This document shows, piece after piece, positions 10,293-20,157 of a stretch of 64,000 nt of DNA. Under the pieces are notes generated by a model. The model was not told where the DNA came from. It made no database searches and saw only the letters and a list, made by a program, of their open reading frames with translations. This stretch comes from a virus, in IMG/VR virus record IMGVR_UViG_3300005530_000004, positions 1 through 64,000 of that record; one strand, 5' to 3'. The translations under genes were made by a program, and so were the position numbers. Within the stretch, counting starts at the first letter, position 1, and each line of letters begins with the position of its first letter.

Positions 10293-10778
10293 ATGGGACG
10301 AGTATACTCCGTTTCTTTTGAACAAATTACTGTAAGCGCACTGCAAGATTTATTTGAATTATTTTTTCCTTCTAGCACTTATAAATCTCTAAGAATACTT
10401 AGACAATGGTTAAATTGTTCTGATACAACTTTGCCAGCATCAACATTTTTGCCTATTCGTAGTAGAATATTGCCATCTGTTGTCACTAATGGTTCTGGTG
10501 GTGGAACAGCTAAAATTGGTAGAACTGATCCAGGAGATTCTGCTGCAAGCTTTACTGCTAAATGTAATAACACTACTAAAGCTACAACAACTAGTTTATC
10601 TCCAGAAATAGTGTACGATGATGGATTTCAATTATATCAAGGACATGAATGGATGTATGATAAGCCACCAGTAATTATTGGTGGACAAGGACAAAGTTTT
10701 GTAATGGAGTTATTAGGAGTACCAGGAAGCTTTTCAGTAAAGATGTCAGGTGGATTAGTGGTTGAAGAAGCTGGTTGA
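10293..10778 (+). CDS. putative virion structural protein
   Basis: MGRVYSVSF..VEEAG, beta-rich; context. Confidence 0.6.
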   Translation: MGRVYSVSFEQITVSALQDLFELFFPSSTYKSLRILRQWLNCSDTTLPASTFLPIRSRILPSVVTNGSGGGTAKIGRTDPGDSAASFTAKCNNTTKATTTSLSPEIVYDDGFQLYQGHEWMYDKPPVIIGGQGQSFVMELLGVPGSFSVKMSGGLVVEEAG

Positions 10779-10813
10779 TATTGGTTGATATTGGTTAATA
10801 AGTATATTGAACC

Positions 10814-12874
10814 ATGAAAAAAGAAATATTTCCTGCATTAGAGTGGATGCAGGAACTTCAAGATCCCGAAATACAGCTTAAAGATCGAACAAAGTTCGGT
10901 CCTTGGTTTTTTGGTCAAAGAAATTATCATGCAACTGCAATAGCAAGTAGTTTTGCATACGGTAGAATAAGTATACTGCAAGGGAAGTCGTCTAAAGGAA
11001 TTTCTCAGTCAGAGTCAACCGCACAAGAATCAATTGCAAAACATTTATCTAGTACAGTATATGTACAATCAGAATCTAATAGTAATTTCTATCTTGCCAA
11101 TTTACTTTTATTAAAAAGTACGTCGATATGTCAGAGCTTTGCCGGTGGAACTGAAACAGATGTAACTAAAGTGCAGCAATTAAAAGGATCTACTAAATCT
11201 TATTCTATATCATTATGCACACCTATATATTATGTAAATTTTGCTAGTGCATTTGTATCACAATCATATTTCTTTGAAAATACAAAATCTAAGGTAGTAA
11301 ATCTTCAAAGTAAAACAATATCTAACAATAGATTCTTTGCTGCACCGGCTGGACCTTTTGCTAAGCTACTAAAATTAACTAGTATATCAATATGTCAGTC
11401 TAAATCATTAGCTGAGATAACTAGAGCATTCAATTTATATTCTACGATTATTTCACAATCTTTAAGTAAGGCATCTGATTCAATAACCAGAAAGTTGTCC
11501 AGTAATATAATTGCTCAAAGTATATCTAAGCCAAATAAAAATCTAAAAATAAACTTAACATCTAATGCTAATTCTATTTCTAAGTTATCTGCACCAAAAA
11601 GTATAAAACAAGGTTTGCACAGCAGATTTTATAGTGAAAGTATTATTGGTGGATCAGGAATAATAACTAGACCGTTATCTGCTAAATCAAATTCTCAATC
11701 ATTCCCTAAACAAACTACAACTCTGTCCAAGAAAATAAATATTAATAGTAAAATGGTAAGTCAAAGTATATCTCGTGCTGGAGAAACAGTAACTAGACTA
11801 GTCAACGGTGTTGCTGAAAGTATTTCTATTGCTCAAAGATCATTTGGTTCAGTGCATAGATTATTTGTAAGTAATTCAGTTTCTCCAAGCTTTAGCAAAG
11901 CTACTGGCGGGTATATTACAAAGAATATACACTCCTCTATGTATTCACAAGTATTAGTACATGGTAGTGAAACAGTTACTAGACCGCTTGCAGCAAAGAG
12001 TGCTTCACAAAATCCTTTTCATGGTAATCAATCGGTTCTACTTGAATTAAATAGTAAAGCTGCGGCAGCTACAATATCTTCTGGACAAGAGAATATATCT
12101 AAGCCTTTAGCTGCAAAAGGTATATCACAGAATCCATTTCATTCTAATCCAAATATATTTAGGCAATTGCAAGCTAAAGCACAAGCAGAGTCTTTTGCAA
12201 AAGCTAATGGTATAAATAAGAAATTAGGGTTAAGTGCTAAATCTATTTCTCAAAGTGAAGCACACACTCAAGAAATAGTATCTCGTCCATTGGCTTCTAA
12301 AATAATTGCTCAAGAATATTCAGATGCAGATATACGTATAGCTAGACATGTTAATAGTGTATCAGTAACTCAAAGCAATTCTAATGTACAAGAAAAAGTA
12401 CTTAGACCAATGCAGTCTAAAACTGTTGTACAATCAGTGTCAATTAAAAGCAATCAAACAATAAAAAGATTACTTGCTAGTACAACACAAATTGATACAC
12501 ATTCTCTTGCTCAAAATCCAAATAAGAAGATTAATTTACTAACTAAAGCTATTTCTAAATCAGATGCTTCTGGAAATGAGATAGTAAGTAGAAAGTTATC
12601 TTCTAAGAGTGTAGACCAATCTCAATTACATTCAAATGGATTGAACATATTAGTTAATATGTATGGATCAGCAATATCTACAAGTAGTGCTAGATCTGAT
12701 TTAATGAATAAGAGAATAGACTTACACTCAGAGATAATTATTCAAAGCTATATTGCTGCGACTGATAATTATCTAGGTAATAAGGAATCGGAAGTCACGT
12801 TTGCAGAACCGCGAGTAGATCAAGACGCAATTAATCTTGCACCGTTTAATTATGGGACGAATAAGCAGATATAA
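10814..12874 (+). CDS. Ser-rich ~20-aa repeat protein (putative fibre/beta-solenoid)
   Basis: about 30 imperfect repeats such as VTRPLAAKSASQNPFHGNQS / ISKPLAAKGISQNPFHSNPN. Confidence 0.7.
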   Translation: MKKEIFPALEWMQELQDPEIQLKDRTKFGPWFFGQRNYHATAIASSFAYGRISILQGKSSKGISQSESTAQESIAKHLSSTVYVQSESNSNFYLANLLLLKSTSICQSFAGGTETDVTKVQQLKGSTKSYSISLCTPIYYVNFASAFVSQSYFFENTKSKVVNLQSKTISNNRFFAAPAGPFAKLLKLTSISICQSKSLAEITRAFNLYSTIISQSLSKASDSITRKLSSNIIAQSISKPNKNLKINLTSNANSISKLSAPKSIKQGLHSRFYSESIIGGSGIITRPLSAKSNSQSFPKQTTTLSKKININSKMVSQSISRAGETVTRLVNGVAESISIAQRSFGSVHRLFVSNSVSPSFSKATGGYITKNIHSSMYSQVLVHGSETVTRPLAAKSASQNPFHGNQSVLLELNSKAAAATISSGQENISKPLAAKGISQNPFHSNPNIFRQLQAKAQAESFAKANGINKKLGLSAKSISQSEAHTQEIVSRPLASKIIAQEYSDADIRIARHVNSVSVTQSNSNVQEKVLRPMQSKTVVQSVSIKSNQTIKRLLASTTQIDTHSLAQNPNKKINLLTKAISKSDASGNEIVSRKLSSKSVDQSQLHSNGLNILVNMYGSAISTSSARSDLMNKRIDLHSEIIIQSYIAATDNYLGNKESEVTFAEPRVDQDAINLAPFNYGTNKQI

Positions 12875-12891
12875 GAAACAAGGAAATAGAA

Positions 12892-13254
12892 ATGGCAGTA
12901 AATCCTAGACAACAGTTTTGTTTAGATAGTGCAAATAATTATAAGTCATTCGCTGCTAATCTGGAAGCATTAGTTTTACAAGCTCAAACTTTACAATCTC
13001 GTGCATCAAAAGAAGGGGCATCTAATTTACTGCAAAATCAACAAACTGCTCCAATTGGTCCTGATGGCGTTATTTCTGCAACTCCTGATGGAACGCCAAA
13101 TACAGCGCATCCAATTGTGGCATTAGGAATTTCATGGACAGCATATAATGGAATAGATATTGCAATTACCCAACTATTAAACTTATGGAATAATCAAGTT
13201 GTCGGACAAATTGATATGAAGCAATATTGTCTTGATATTCAAACAGGTAAATAG
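12892..13254 (+). CDS. hypothetical virion-region protein
   Basis: ORF with AAGGA RBS. Confidence 0.6.
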   Translation: MAVNPRQQFCLDSANNYKSFAANLEALVLQAQTLQSRASKEGASNLLQNQQTAPIGPDGVISATPDGTPNTAHPIVALGISWTAYNGIDIAITQLLNLWNNQVVGQIDMKQYCLDIQTGK

Positions 13255-13257
13255 TCA

Positions 13258-13647
13258 ATGGGTATAGCACGAACATCTGGATTTCTAATAGGTACTAGTA
13301 GTACTGTTGGCGATACAATTGCTAATGGTGCTTCTGATACTGGATTAGGTATTGTTGATTTATTAGGTAATGATACATCAATAGGTGAAGCAGATTTATA
13401 TTTATATGCAACATCTACTGTAACTGTTGGTACAATTGATGTTTATTTTAATAAACAACAAGAATCTGGCGGTACAGTATTAAATGCTACACCCGACTTG
13501 CAAATTACACCTATAAATGGAACTGTTAAATACTTTCTTGGACGAATATCTGTAGGAAGATATTTTGGTGCTAAAATTATTAATAATGCAACAGGTGCAT
13601 CTTTAACTAATGTTTCTCTTGGATATGATTTGTATAAAGCAAGCTAA
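13258..13647 (+). CDS. putative virion protein (beta-rich)
   Basis: G/T-rich beta composition; context. Confidence 0.6.
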   Translation: MGIARTSGFLIGTSSTVGDTIANGASDTGLGIVDLLGNDTSIGEADLYLYATSTVTVGTIDVYFNKQQESGGTVLNATPDLQITPINGTVKYFLGRISVGRYFGAKIINNATGASLTNVSLGYDLYKAS

Positions 13648-13659
13648 ATATAAAGTGTA

Positions 13660-14817
13660 ATGATTACAGCAAGTTATCAAAATACCCCAACTGCATTATC
13701 AGAGTTAGACTCTGATTTTGTTAAGTATTTTGGTATGCCTGCTTTATTAACTATTCCATGCAAAGGTCCAGAAAAGAAAGCGTATGATTTTAGTAGGAAT
13801 AAATCGGGTAGAAATACTGGAACATTAAATGGTGGCGTTACCGTCGTGCCGGCGAGTGCGGGGATTTTCGGAGCGGGGTGGAAGTTAAATGGTACGAATC
13901 AGTATCTTTTAATGCCCGACATGAAGCTTACTTCCGCATGGGTCTCAATGACCATCGTGCCGACGACAGTGACGGGCGACCTGCGCATCTTATCGCAAGC
14001 CAGCGGCGCAACGAATCAGGGTGGCGCGTTGGCAATCAACCAATCGAGCGGAGAACACGGATCGGTCTGGGTTTGGACGGGTGGTGCGATGCTGCGACTT
14101 TGCGCAGATGCGACTCTCGTTGCCGGCCAGCGGAATCATCTCGATTTCCTCTTTTTCGGGGGAACTTGCACGATGTATTTCAACGGGCAGGTTCAAATGA
14201 CTCAGACGAGCGGATTCGCTTTCAACGGCGTGCCATTGACGTTTTTCGGTAAATATGTGGGCAGCTTCGGAAATACTTTCCCAGGGGTGGCGTACCAAGT
14301 TTCGCTTTTCAAAACGCAGCCGACAGCCGCCCAAGTATCTACATTATATAATTCATTAAAATATGGTAAACCATTCAAATTGTTTGCTACACCTAGAATA
14401 AGAAGATTATATTCTTTTGGTACATCTAATATACCTTTAGCATTAACTGGAAAATCATTATCATATTCTTTTAGTGAATCAAGAATATCTACAGCAAGAA
14501 AGTTGTCTGCACAATCTGAATCTCAAAGTCTATTAAGTGCAAGACAAGCAATACTGCAAGGCTTATATTCACAATCTATAGATCAATCAATAAATCATGC
14601 TTCGGAAAATATAGGTAAAGCTTTATCATCTAAAGCACTTGAATATTCTATTGGCCAGGGCAATACAAATGTTTTACGTAAGCTCCATGCTGAATCAACT
14701 TCTCAAACATCATTGATAGCAAGCTATGCAAGTACAAAATTTGAACTATTAAGTATGAGAAGATACTCTTCTCAATACTTCGTACAAAGTGGTTCAGCGG
14801 AAGATACAGGACAATAA
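13660..14817 (+). CDS. LamG/concanavalin A-like lectin domain virion protein with C-terminal Ser-rich repeats
   Basis: AYDFSRNK..GTLNG..KLNGTNQY..MYFNG..VSTLYN pattern. Confidence 0.75.
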   Translation: MITASYQNTPTALSELDSDFVKYFGMPALLTIPCKGPEKKAYDFSRNKSGRNTGTLNGGVTVVPASAGIFGAGWKLNGTNQYLLMPDMKLTSAWVSMTIVPTTVTGDLRILSQASGATNQGGALAINQSSGEHGSVWVWTGGAMLRLCADATLVAGQRNHLDFLFFGGTCTMYFNGQVQMTQTSGFAFNGVPLTFFGKYVGSFGNTFPGVAYQVSLFKTQPTAAQVSTLYNSLKYGKPFKLFATPRIRRLYSFGTSNIPLALTGKSLSYSFSESRISTARKLSAQSESQSLLSARQAILQGLYSQSIDQSINHASENIGKALSSKALEYSIGQGNTNVLRKLHAESTSQTSLIASYASTKFELLSMRRYSSQYFVQSGSAEDTGQ

Positions 14818-15386
14818 TGTTAACAGAAGTTGTTGAACATCTTAGTAAAGAATATAATTGGGATGTTGAGGTATACGAAGATGAAGAGTTTAGAGATATT
14901 ATAGTAGATAGTATAGATTATACAGGTATTTATCAAGTATCTAATTATGGTAGAGTCTGGAGTATAAAAAGACAGTCGTTTTTAAAAGAAGGTAGAAGTT
15001 CTAATGGATACTTACATGTAACATTATGCAAAAATAAAATACATAAAACTTATTCAATACATAAATTAGTTTTAACAGCTTTTAAAAGACCTAAAAAATG
15101 GTTTGAAGAATGTCGTCATTTAGATAGAGATAGACAAAACAATCATATAGATAATCTTGAGTGGGGTAGTAATTGTGACAACTATAAAGATAGAATAAGG
15201 CATGGAACGGACAATAAAAGAAATGAAGACCACCATATGGCAATCTTGACAAATGAACAAGTAATAGAAATAAGGGATAAATATAAAACTGGAAAATATT
15301 CTCAAAGAGACTTAGCAAAAGAATACTCAGTTACACAAGTTAATATTTGGTATATTGTTAATTATATTACATTTGAGGATATTTAA
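14817..15386 (+). CDS. NUMOD4-HNH homing endonuclease with C-terminal HTH
   Basis: YQVSNYGRVWS, IHKLVLTAF, CRHLDRDRQNNHIDNLEWG, SQRDLAKEYSVT. Confidence 0.92.
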   Translation: MLTEVVEHLSKEYNWDVEVYEDEEFRDIIVDSIDYTGIYQVSNYGRVWSIKRQSFLKEGRSSNGYLHVTLCKNKIHKTYSIHKLVLTAFKRPKKWFEECRHLDRDRQNNHIDNLEWGSNCDNYKDRIRHGTDNKRNEDHHMAILTNEQVIEIRDKYKTGKYSQRDLAKEYSVTQVNIWYIVNYITFEDI

Positions 15387-16172
15387 GTGGCTAACATTCT
15401 AGTCGTTGGTTCTGATAATTTATTAACTATAGATAAATTGATGCAACCTAACAGTGATCCACCCAATTATATAAATAATGCTACAATAATTTGGACATTA
15501 ATAGATCAAAGTAATAATACTGTAGGAACCGGCAGTTATACATATGTAAATGGAAGCAACGGTGAATATCAAGCAGTAATTCCTGCATCATTAAGTACAA
15601 CATTAGTTGCTAATAATACTTATACATTAAATCAAAATGTGACTGCAACAGGATTTGTTTCATTATTCAAAGATACTTATCTTGCAAGAACCCCACAATC
15701 TGCGCAGTTTACTTACTGCGTAAGAAAAGATATAGAGAATATATTCGGCTCAGTAAATGTTAAAAAATGGGCGGATATTGATGCTGATGGAGACCCACAA
15801 AAGATAGATGCAAAAATAAATTGGGCGCTACAATTAAGTTATGATTATGTGAACTCTAAATTATCTGGTGGCCCATATGTAATACCATTAGCAGGTAAGT
15901 ATCCCGTTATAATAACTTGCCAAGCAAAGCTTGCAGCAGTAGAAATATATGAAGCAAGGGGCTTGCAAAATTTTGATGAGCAAGGAAAACCTATTCATCA
16001 ATTGCAAAACTCTAAATCTTGGGCAGATAATATATTGGCCCAAATAAGGGCTGGAATATTACGATTGCCAAATGCTTTACCACAAGATATTGGCGGAACA
16101 ATAGTACCACAAGCAGTTAGAATATCAAGATCAAGACTATCTGGATGTGGTTATCCGTTTATAAATTGGTAG
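15387..16172 (+). CDS. head-tail adaptor (Mu gp36/DUF1320-like) with N-terminal Ig-like extension
   Basis: YCVRKDIENIFG..VNSKLSG.YVIPL..LAAVEIYEARG..LAQIRAG; extra ~105-aa beta domain. Confidence 0.75.
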   Translation: MANILVVGSDNLLTIDKLMQPNSDPPNYINNATIIWTLIDQSNNTVGTGSYTYVNGSNGEYQAVIPASLSTTLVANNTYTLNQNVTATGFVSLFKDTYLARTPQSAQFTYCVRKDIENIFGSVNVKKWADIDADGDPQKIDAKINWALQLSYDYVNSKLSGGPYVIPLAGKYPVIITCQAKLAAVEIYEARGLQNFDEQGKPIHQLQNSKSWADNILAQIRAGILRLPNALPQDIGGTIVPQAVRISRSRLSGCGYPFINW

Positions 16173-16302
16173 ACTGATAATGATATTTCCAATATACTTG
16201 GCAAATAATAAAGTAGCAGTATTAGATCTAAAAATAGTTTCAACTTAATAAAAGAGCAACTAGAATTTTATACTAAAATAATTGATCAAATAAGTATAAT
16301 AG

Positions 16303-18228
16303 ATGAGGAACAAACAATATCATGAAATAGATAAGATAGAACTTCATGGAACAAGAATAGCTGTTCGTACGACAAGTAGAATAAGAGCGAAGTTAATAGA
16401 AGCATTTAAGCAACATAAGTTTGCTGACATATCCAATGATCTGTTCAATGATATATTTCTACCGTTAATGACTGCAAGTCTGCTTGCAGACTTGCGTGGA
16501 AGAAAAAGAAGTTTTCTATTCGCGGATACATCATTTAATGCAGGTAAATCAGTATTACCAGAGCTACAACTAGCATTCGGCAAAAAGGCAAAAAAGACAC
16601 TTAAGCGAGTAGTTAAATTACCTGTTAAAAAGATAATTAAGAAGGGTATTATAAATGTATCTGTTGAAAATATACCAGAAGATGTAACAAGTACTTATAA
16701 GAAGGCTAAAAAAATATACAAAGGTGGTAAGAGCTTACATAAAAAAATAAAATCCACACCCATACAAGAAGTCGGCAAAAAAGCAAAAATAAAGCCAGTA
16801 CCAGAACGTGTACCAGTAACAAAAAAGAATAAACGACAAAGATTTAAAGAAGTATTAATAGAAGAAAATGAAAGAGTTAAACAAGAAGTTAAGCAAAAGA
16901 TAAAGCATGAAAAGAAGTATATCTATGATGAAATAATTCGGCATCTTCGAGTGTTATTAAAAGATGTAGCGGTAGAAACAGTTAAAGTTGTTAATTGGGA
17001 GGAAGTATTAGATAGATTAAATAATGATGAGAGAAATGTTAAAGATATAAAGAATATTTTTAACAGAAAGCAGGTTACCCGATCTACTGATAAAATAATA
17101 ACTAAGCTAATAAATAAAGTAGAGAGAAAGATAAGAGATAAAAAAGATCGTGCAAAAGCAGAGATTAAAGAGAAGATAACTAAAGAGTCATTACGAGCAG
17201 GTAAAAAATATGCTGCTCAACCGATTAAAAAATCAATAGGTCAAAAAATATCTGAAAAGATATTTGGTCAACCTAGAAGAAGTGGTTCTCATAGACAATA
17301 TAGAAGTAGTTATTACTATATTGCCAAGACTTTACAAGAGCTAGAAAAAGGTCAACGTAGACGAAGACAATACGAAACTGCTAAGCATACATTAAGTGCA
17401 ATAGGTGGAATAGCTGATTTAATAGGTTTCTTATCTCAGTATAATATACAAGACTTATTTGTATTCTTAACTGAATTAGGTGGAGCAAAGTTTTTTCCTG
17501 AAACATATAAAATTGGTGGTGTAGTAAAAGCAGCTAATTATATAGGTGAAGTAGGAAAGACATTAGAATTTGTTACGGAAGATGATGAGTTTAATAAAGT
17601 AAAAGAATATGAAATTAAACGTGTTCTTCGTTTAATTCAAGAACTACAAACGATAAAGAAGTTATTTACTAAATATCATCCGCCAGTTTTTAATATATTA
17701 AAGAATGCAAGTCAAAAAACAAATGATAATCTTCGACAAGTAGTAAATGATCTAATATTGCAAGGAACACCGATAAAAGAGGGTAGTAAAATATTAGCTG
17801 AGGCATTTGCCGCTAATGGTTTATCTATCAAAGAACCTTTTAAAATAGAAACAATATTTAGAACGCAATCCGCTTTAGCATACTCTGCTGGAAGATGGCA
17901 AAGCGATCAACACCCTGCGATACAAGAAATATTATGGGGTTATAGATATGTAACAGTAGGGGATTCTCGTGTAAGACCAGCACATAGAATACTTGATGGT
18001 GTAACTTTACCTAAAGGCTCTGAATTTTGGCTATATTTTTGGCCACCAAATGGTTGGAATTGTAGATGTTCAGTAATAAGCTTGTTTGAAGAACCAGAAA
18101 CAGGGATAGTTTTACCACCATCAGACTGGAAAGGACTTGCAGAGATAGACAAAGATTTTACATTTAATTCTGGTGTTTTGTTTATGGAATCTTCTGCACG
18201 TTTCGCTGGTTTACAGACTCAAGTATAA
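16303..18228 (+). CDS. MuF/SPP1 gp7 minor head protein with large Lys-rich insertion
   Basis: ETIFRTQ..AYSAGRW, YVTVGDSRVRPAH, PPNGWNCRC. Confidence 0.92.
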   Translation: MRNKQYHEIDKIELHGTRIAVRTTSRIRAKLIEAFKQHKFADISNDLFNDIFLPLMTASLLADLRGRKRSFLFADTSFNAGKSVLPELQLAFGKKAKKTLKRVVKLPVKKIIKKGIINVSVENIPEDVTSTYKKAKKIYKGGKSLHKKIKSTPIQEVGKKAKIKPVPERVPVTKKNKRQRFKEVLIEENERVKQEVKQKIKHEKKYIYDEIIRHLRVLLKDVAVETVKVVNWEEVLDRLNNDERNVKDIKNIFNRKQVTRSTDKIITKLINKVERKIRDKKDRAKAEIKEKITKESLRAGKKYAAQPIKKSIGQKISEKIFGQPRRSGSHRQYRSSYYYIAKTLQELEKGQRRRRQYETAKHTLSAIGGIADLIGFLSQYNIQDLFVFLTELGGAKFFPETYKIGGVVKAANYIGEVGKTLEFVTEDDEFNKVKEYEIKRVLRLIQELQTIKKLFTKYHPPVFNILKNASQKTNDNLRQVVNDLILQGTPIKEGSKILAEAFAANGLSIKEPFKIETIFRTQSALAYSAGRWQSDQHPAIQEILWGYRYVTVGDSRVRPAHRILDGVTLPKGSEFWLYFWPPNGWNCRCSVISLFEEPETGIVLPPSDWKGLAEIDKDFTFNSGVLFMESSARFAGLQTQV

Positions 18229-18242
18229 GGTAATATGTTAAT

Positions 18243-19523
18243 ATGTACAATCCATTAGTAAACCCTATTGTATATTGCTCTCCAAAGAGACAAGCTTTAA
18301 AATTATCTAATGGACTATATAAAATAGAGACAATTCCTGTAGGTGCATTTGTTAAAGATAATGCAAAAGCAGGCGATGAACATGAAAGGATACCATTTGA
18401 AGTAGATTTAAATACTTTAAAGCATTGGAAAAATACATTTAAAGCCATGATGTTTAATGGTATAGAAGTTCCTATGCCATTAAATCATACGGAAGACCCG
18501 GAAGCACGTCGCGCAACTGTTGTAGATTTTGAAATAGATAAAAACGAGAGAGGGGAAGATTCTTTATTCACTATCTTTAAATTTAAAGATAAAGAAGCAG
18601 AAAAGTCTTTAAAAGATACTCGGGTAAGTGTATTTGTCCCACCTAAATTTGTAGATGGAAGAGATAATGAATATATTTATCCAATCCGTCATGTTGCGTT
18701 TACAGATTATCCAGTAATTCCTGGGTTATCTAAAATGCAACCTTTAGCTATTGCTGCAAGTTACGTAGAAAGTAAATCAGAAAGTAAATCAGAAAGTAAA
18801 AACGACAAGGAGAAAAAGAAAATGCCATTCCCTCCGAAAAAGAAAGATGGTGAAGGTAATGAGGAAAAAGAATTAGAAGGAAAAGAAAAGAAAGTAGAAG
18901 GTGGAGAAGAAGAAACTGCAACAGTAACGATTGAAGATTTTCGAAATATTGCTGACAAGCTAGGATTAGAAGGCATTCCTGATAATAAACTAGTTGAAGC
19001 AATTAATCATGTTATTGATGCAATTTTAGAAGAGAGTGGAGATGATGAAGAAGATAATGAATTAGATAATGAATTAGACGAGGAAGGTAAAAAGAAAGGA
19101 ACTGGTCCAGTGGCACATAGAATTAAGCACGAAGAGGAACATTATCACGCACCTAATGGTGCAGCTAATCAGCCACCTATTGCTGCTGGATTTATTTCTT
19201 TAGGTCGAAAGCAAAGATTGACTGAAATTCAAGCTTTAGCAAAAGACGGGTATGTAACCCCCGCTACAGCTAAAAATTTAGTTGGTCAATTTTGTACTGA
19301 TGATGCTTTACAATTGGCATTTTCAAAGGATGGTGATGTTCTTGATAATTTTGACAAGACTGTTGAATTATTAAAGACTAATGGAAAAGTTGTAAGCTTA
19401 GATAAGGAAAAGTCTCAAAATGACGCTTTAGAATTAAGCTACTCAGACGTTTTTAATAATGAAACGTCTAATCCTTTAATGAAAGATGCTTCTCGTCGAG
19501 CTAAAGCTGCTGGTCAAGCTTAA
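18243..19523 (+). CDS. prohead protease (Mu gpI-like) fused to scaffold
   Basis: VPMPLNH, RVSVFV, IRHVAFTDYPVIPGL; acidic C-terminal half. Confidence 0.85.
   Translation: MYNPLVNPIVYCSPKRQALKLSNGLYKIETIPVGAFVKDNAKAGDEHERIPFEVDLNTLKHWKNTFKAMMFNGIEVPMPLNHTEDPEARRATVVDFEIDKNERGEDSLFTIFKFKDKEAEKSLKDTRVSVFVPPKFVDGRDNEYIYPIRHVAFTDYPVIPGLSKMQPLAIAASYVESKSESKSESKNDKEKKKMPFPPKKKDGEGNEEKELEGKEKKVEGGEEETATVTIEDFRNIADKLGLEGIPDNKLVEAINHVIDAILEESGDDEEDNELDNELDEEGKKKGTGPVAHRIKHEEEHYHAPNGAANQPPIAAGFISLGRKQRLTEIQALAKDGYVTPATAKNLVGQFCTDDALQLAFSKDGDVLDNFDKTVELLKTNGKVVSLDKEKSQNDALELSYSDVFNNETSNPLMKDASRRAKAAGQA
18822..19523 (+). CDS. nested in-frame scaffolding protein (Mu gpZ-like internal start)
   Basis: AAGGAG RBS upstream of the in-frame ATG (MPFPPKKK...) inside the protease gene. 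Confidence 0.6.
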   Translation: MPFPPKKKDGEGNEEKELEGKEKKVEGGEEETATVTIEDFRNIADKLGLEGIPDNKLVEAINHVIDAILEESGDDEEDNELDNELDEEGKKKGTGPVAHRIKHEEEHYHAPNGAANQPPIAAGFISLGRKQRLTEIQALAKDGYVTPATAKNLVGQFCTDDALQLAFSKDGDVLDNFDKTVELLKTNGKVVSLDKEKSQNDALELSYSDVFNNETSNPLMKDASRRAKAAGQA

Positions 19524-19648
19524 ATAAAATGTTAAAAACAGAATATTTAAGATTGTGTATATTACTGAACAAAAAATTTGGTTGGACATTTAACGATATA
19601 AGAAAAATGTCCTTAAAGCAACTTAAAGTAATGGAGACAATGTAAAAC

Positions 19649-20095
19649 ATGACTGCTACTTATCCAATTCAAAATCAGCCGCGTCGTTTAGGTGATCTTT
19701 TAATCTTTGAACTTCACCCTGGTTATCAGCGTGTAAGTGCTGTAGTTAAAAATGGGAGTGGTTCTGCTGTAGATATTACTGATCCTGTTGGTTATCCAGT
19801 TAAAACTGATGGCGCCGGTGGATATGCTTTAGCTTTTGCTGGTGACGAAGCTGGAGTATTAGGATTATTACTTTGGATGCACGAATTATCTATTGCGGCC
19901 GGAGTTGCTACAACTTATCAAGTACCAATTCTTGTTCGTGGCCCGGCAATTTTAGATTATACTGGTGGAATTCCCGCACTTGATGCTGCTGGTGCAGCAT
20001 TTACTATTTCTACAATATTAACTACTTTGAAAGCATTAAGTCCTCCGATGGTCCCGCTTGCTGAACCGACGATTTCTGTTACTCAAACTAGCTAA
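19649..20095 (+). CDS. head decoration protein (lambda gpD-like)
   Basis: RLGDLLIFE..ILVRGPAIL; lies between scaffold and MCP. Confidence 0.8.
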   Translation: MTATYPIQNQPRRLGDLLIFELHPGYQRVSAVVKNGSGSAVDITDPVGYPVKTDGAGGYALAFAGDEAGVLGLLLWMHELSIAAGVATTYQVPILVRGPAILDYTGGIPALDAAGAAFTISTILTTLKALSPPMVPLAEPTISVTQTS

Positions 20096-20157
20096 TAATT
20101 CAATTTAACAACAATTTAAATTCAAATTAGAAGGAAAGATTAGGAGACAATTTAATT

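Noticed and set aside
13660-14817. Diversity-generating retroelement target
   Set aside because: No reverse transcriptase or template repeat seen in the window.
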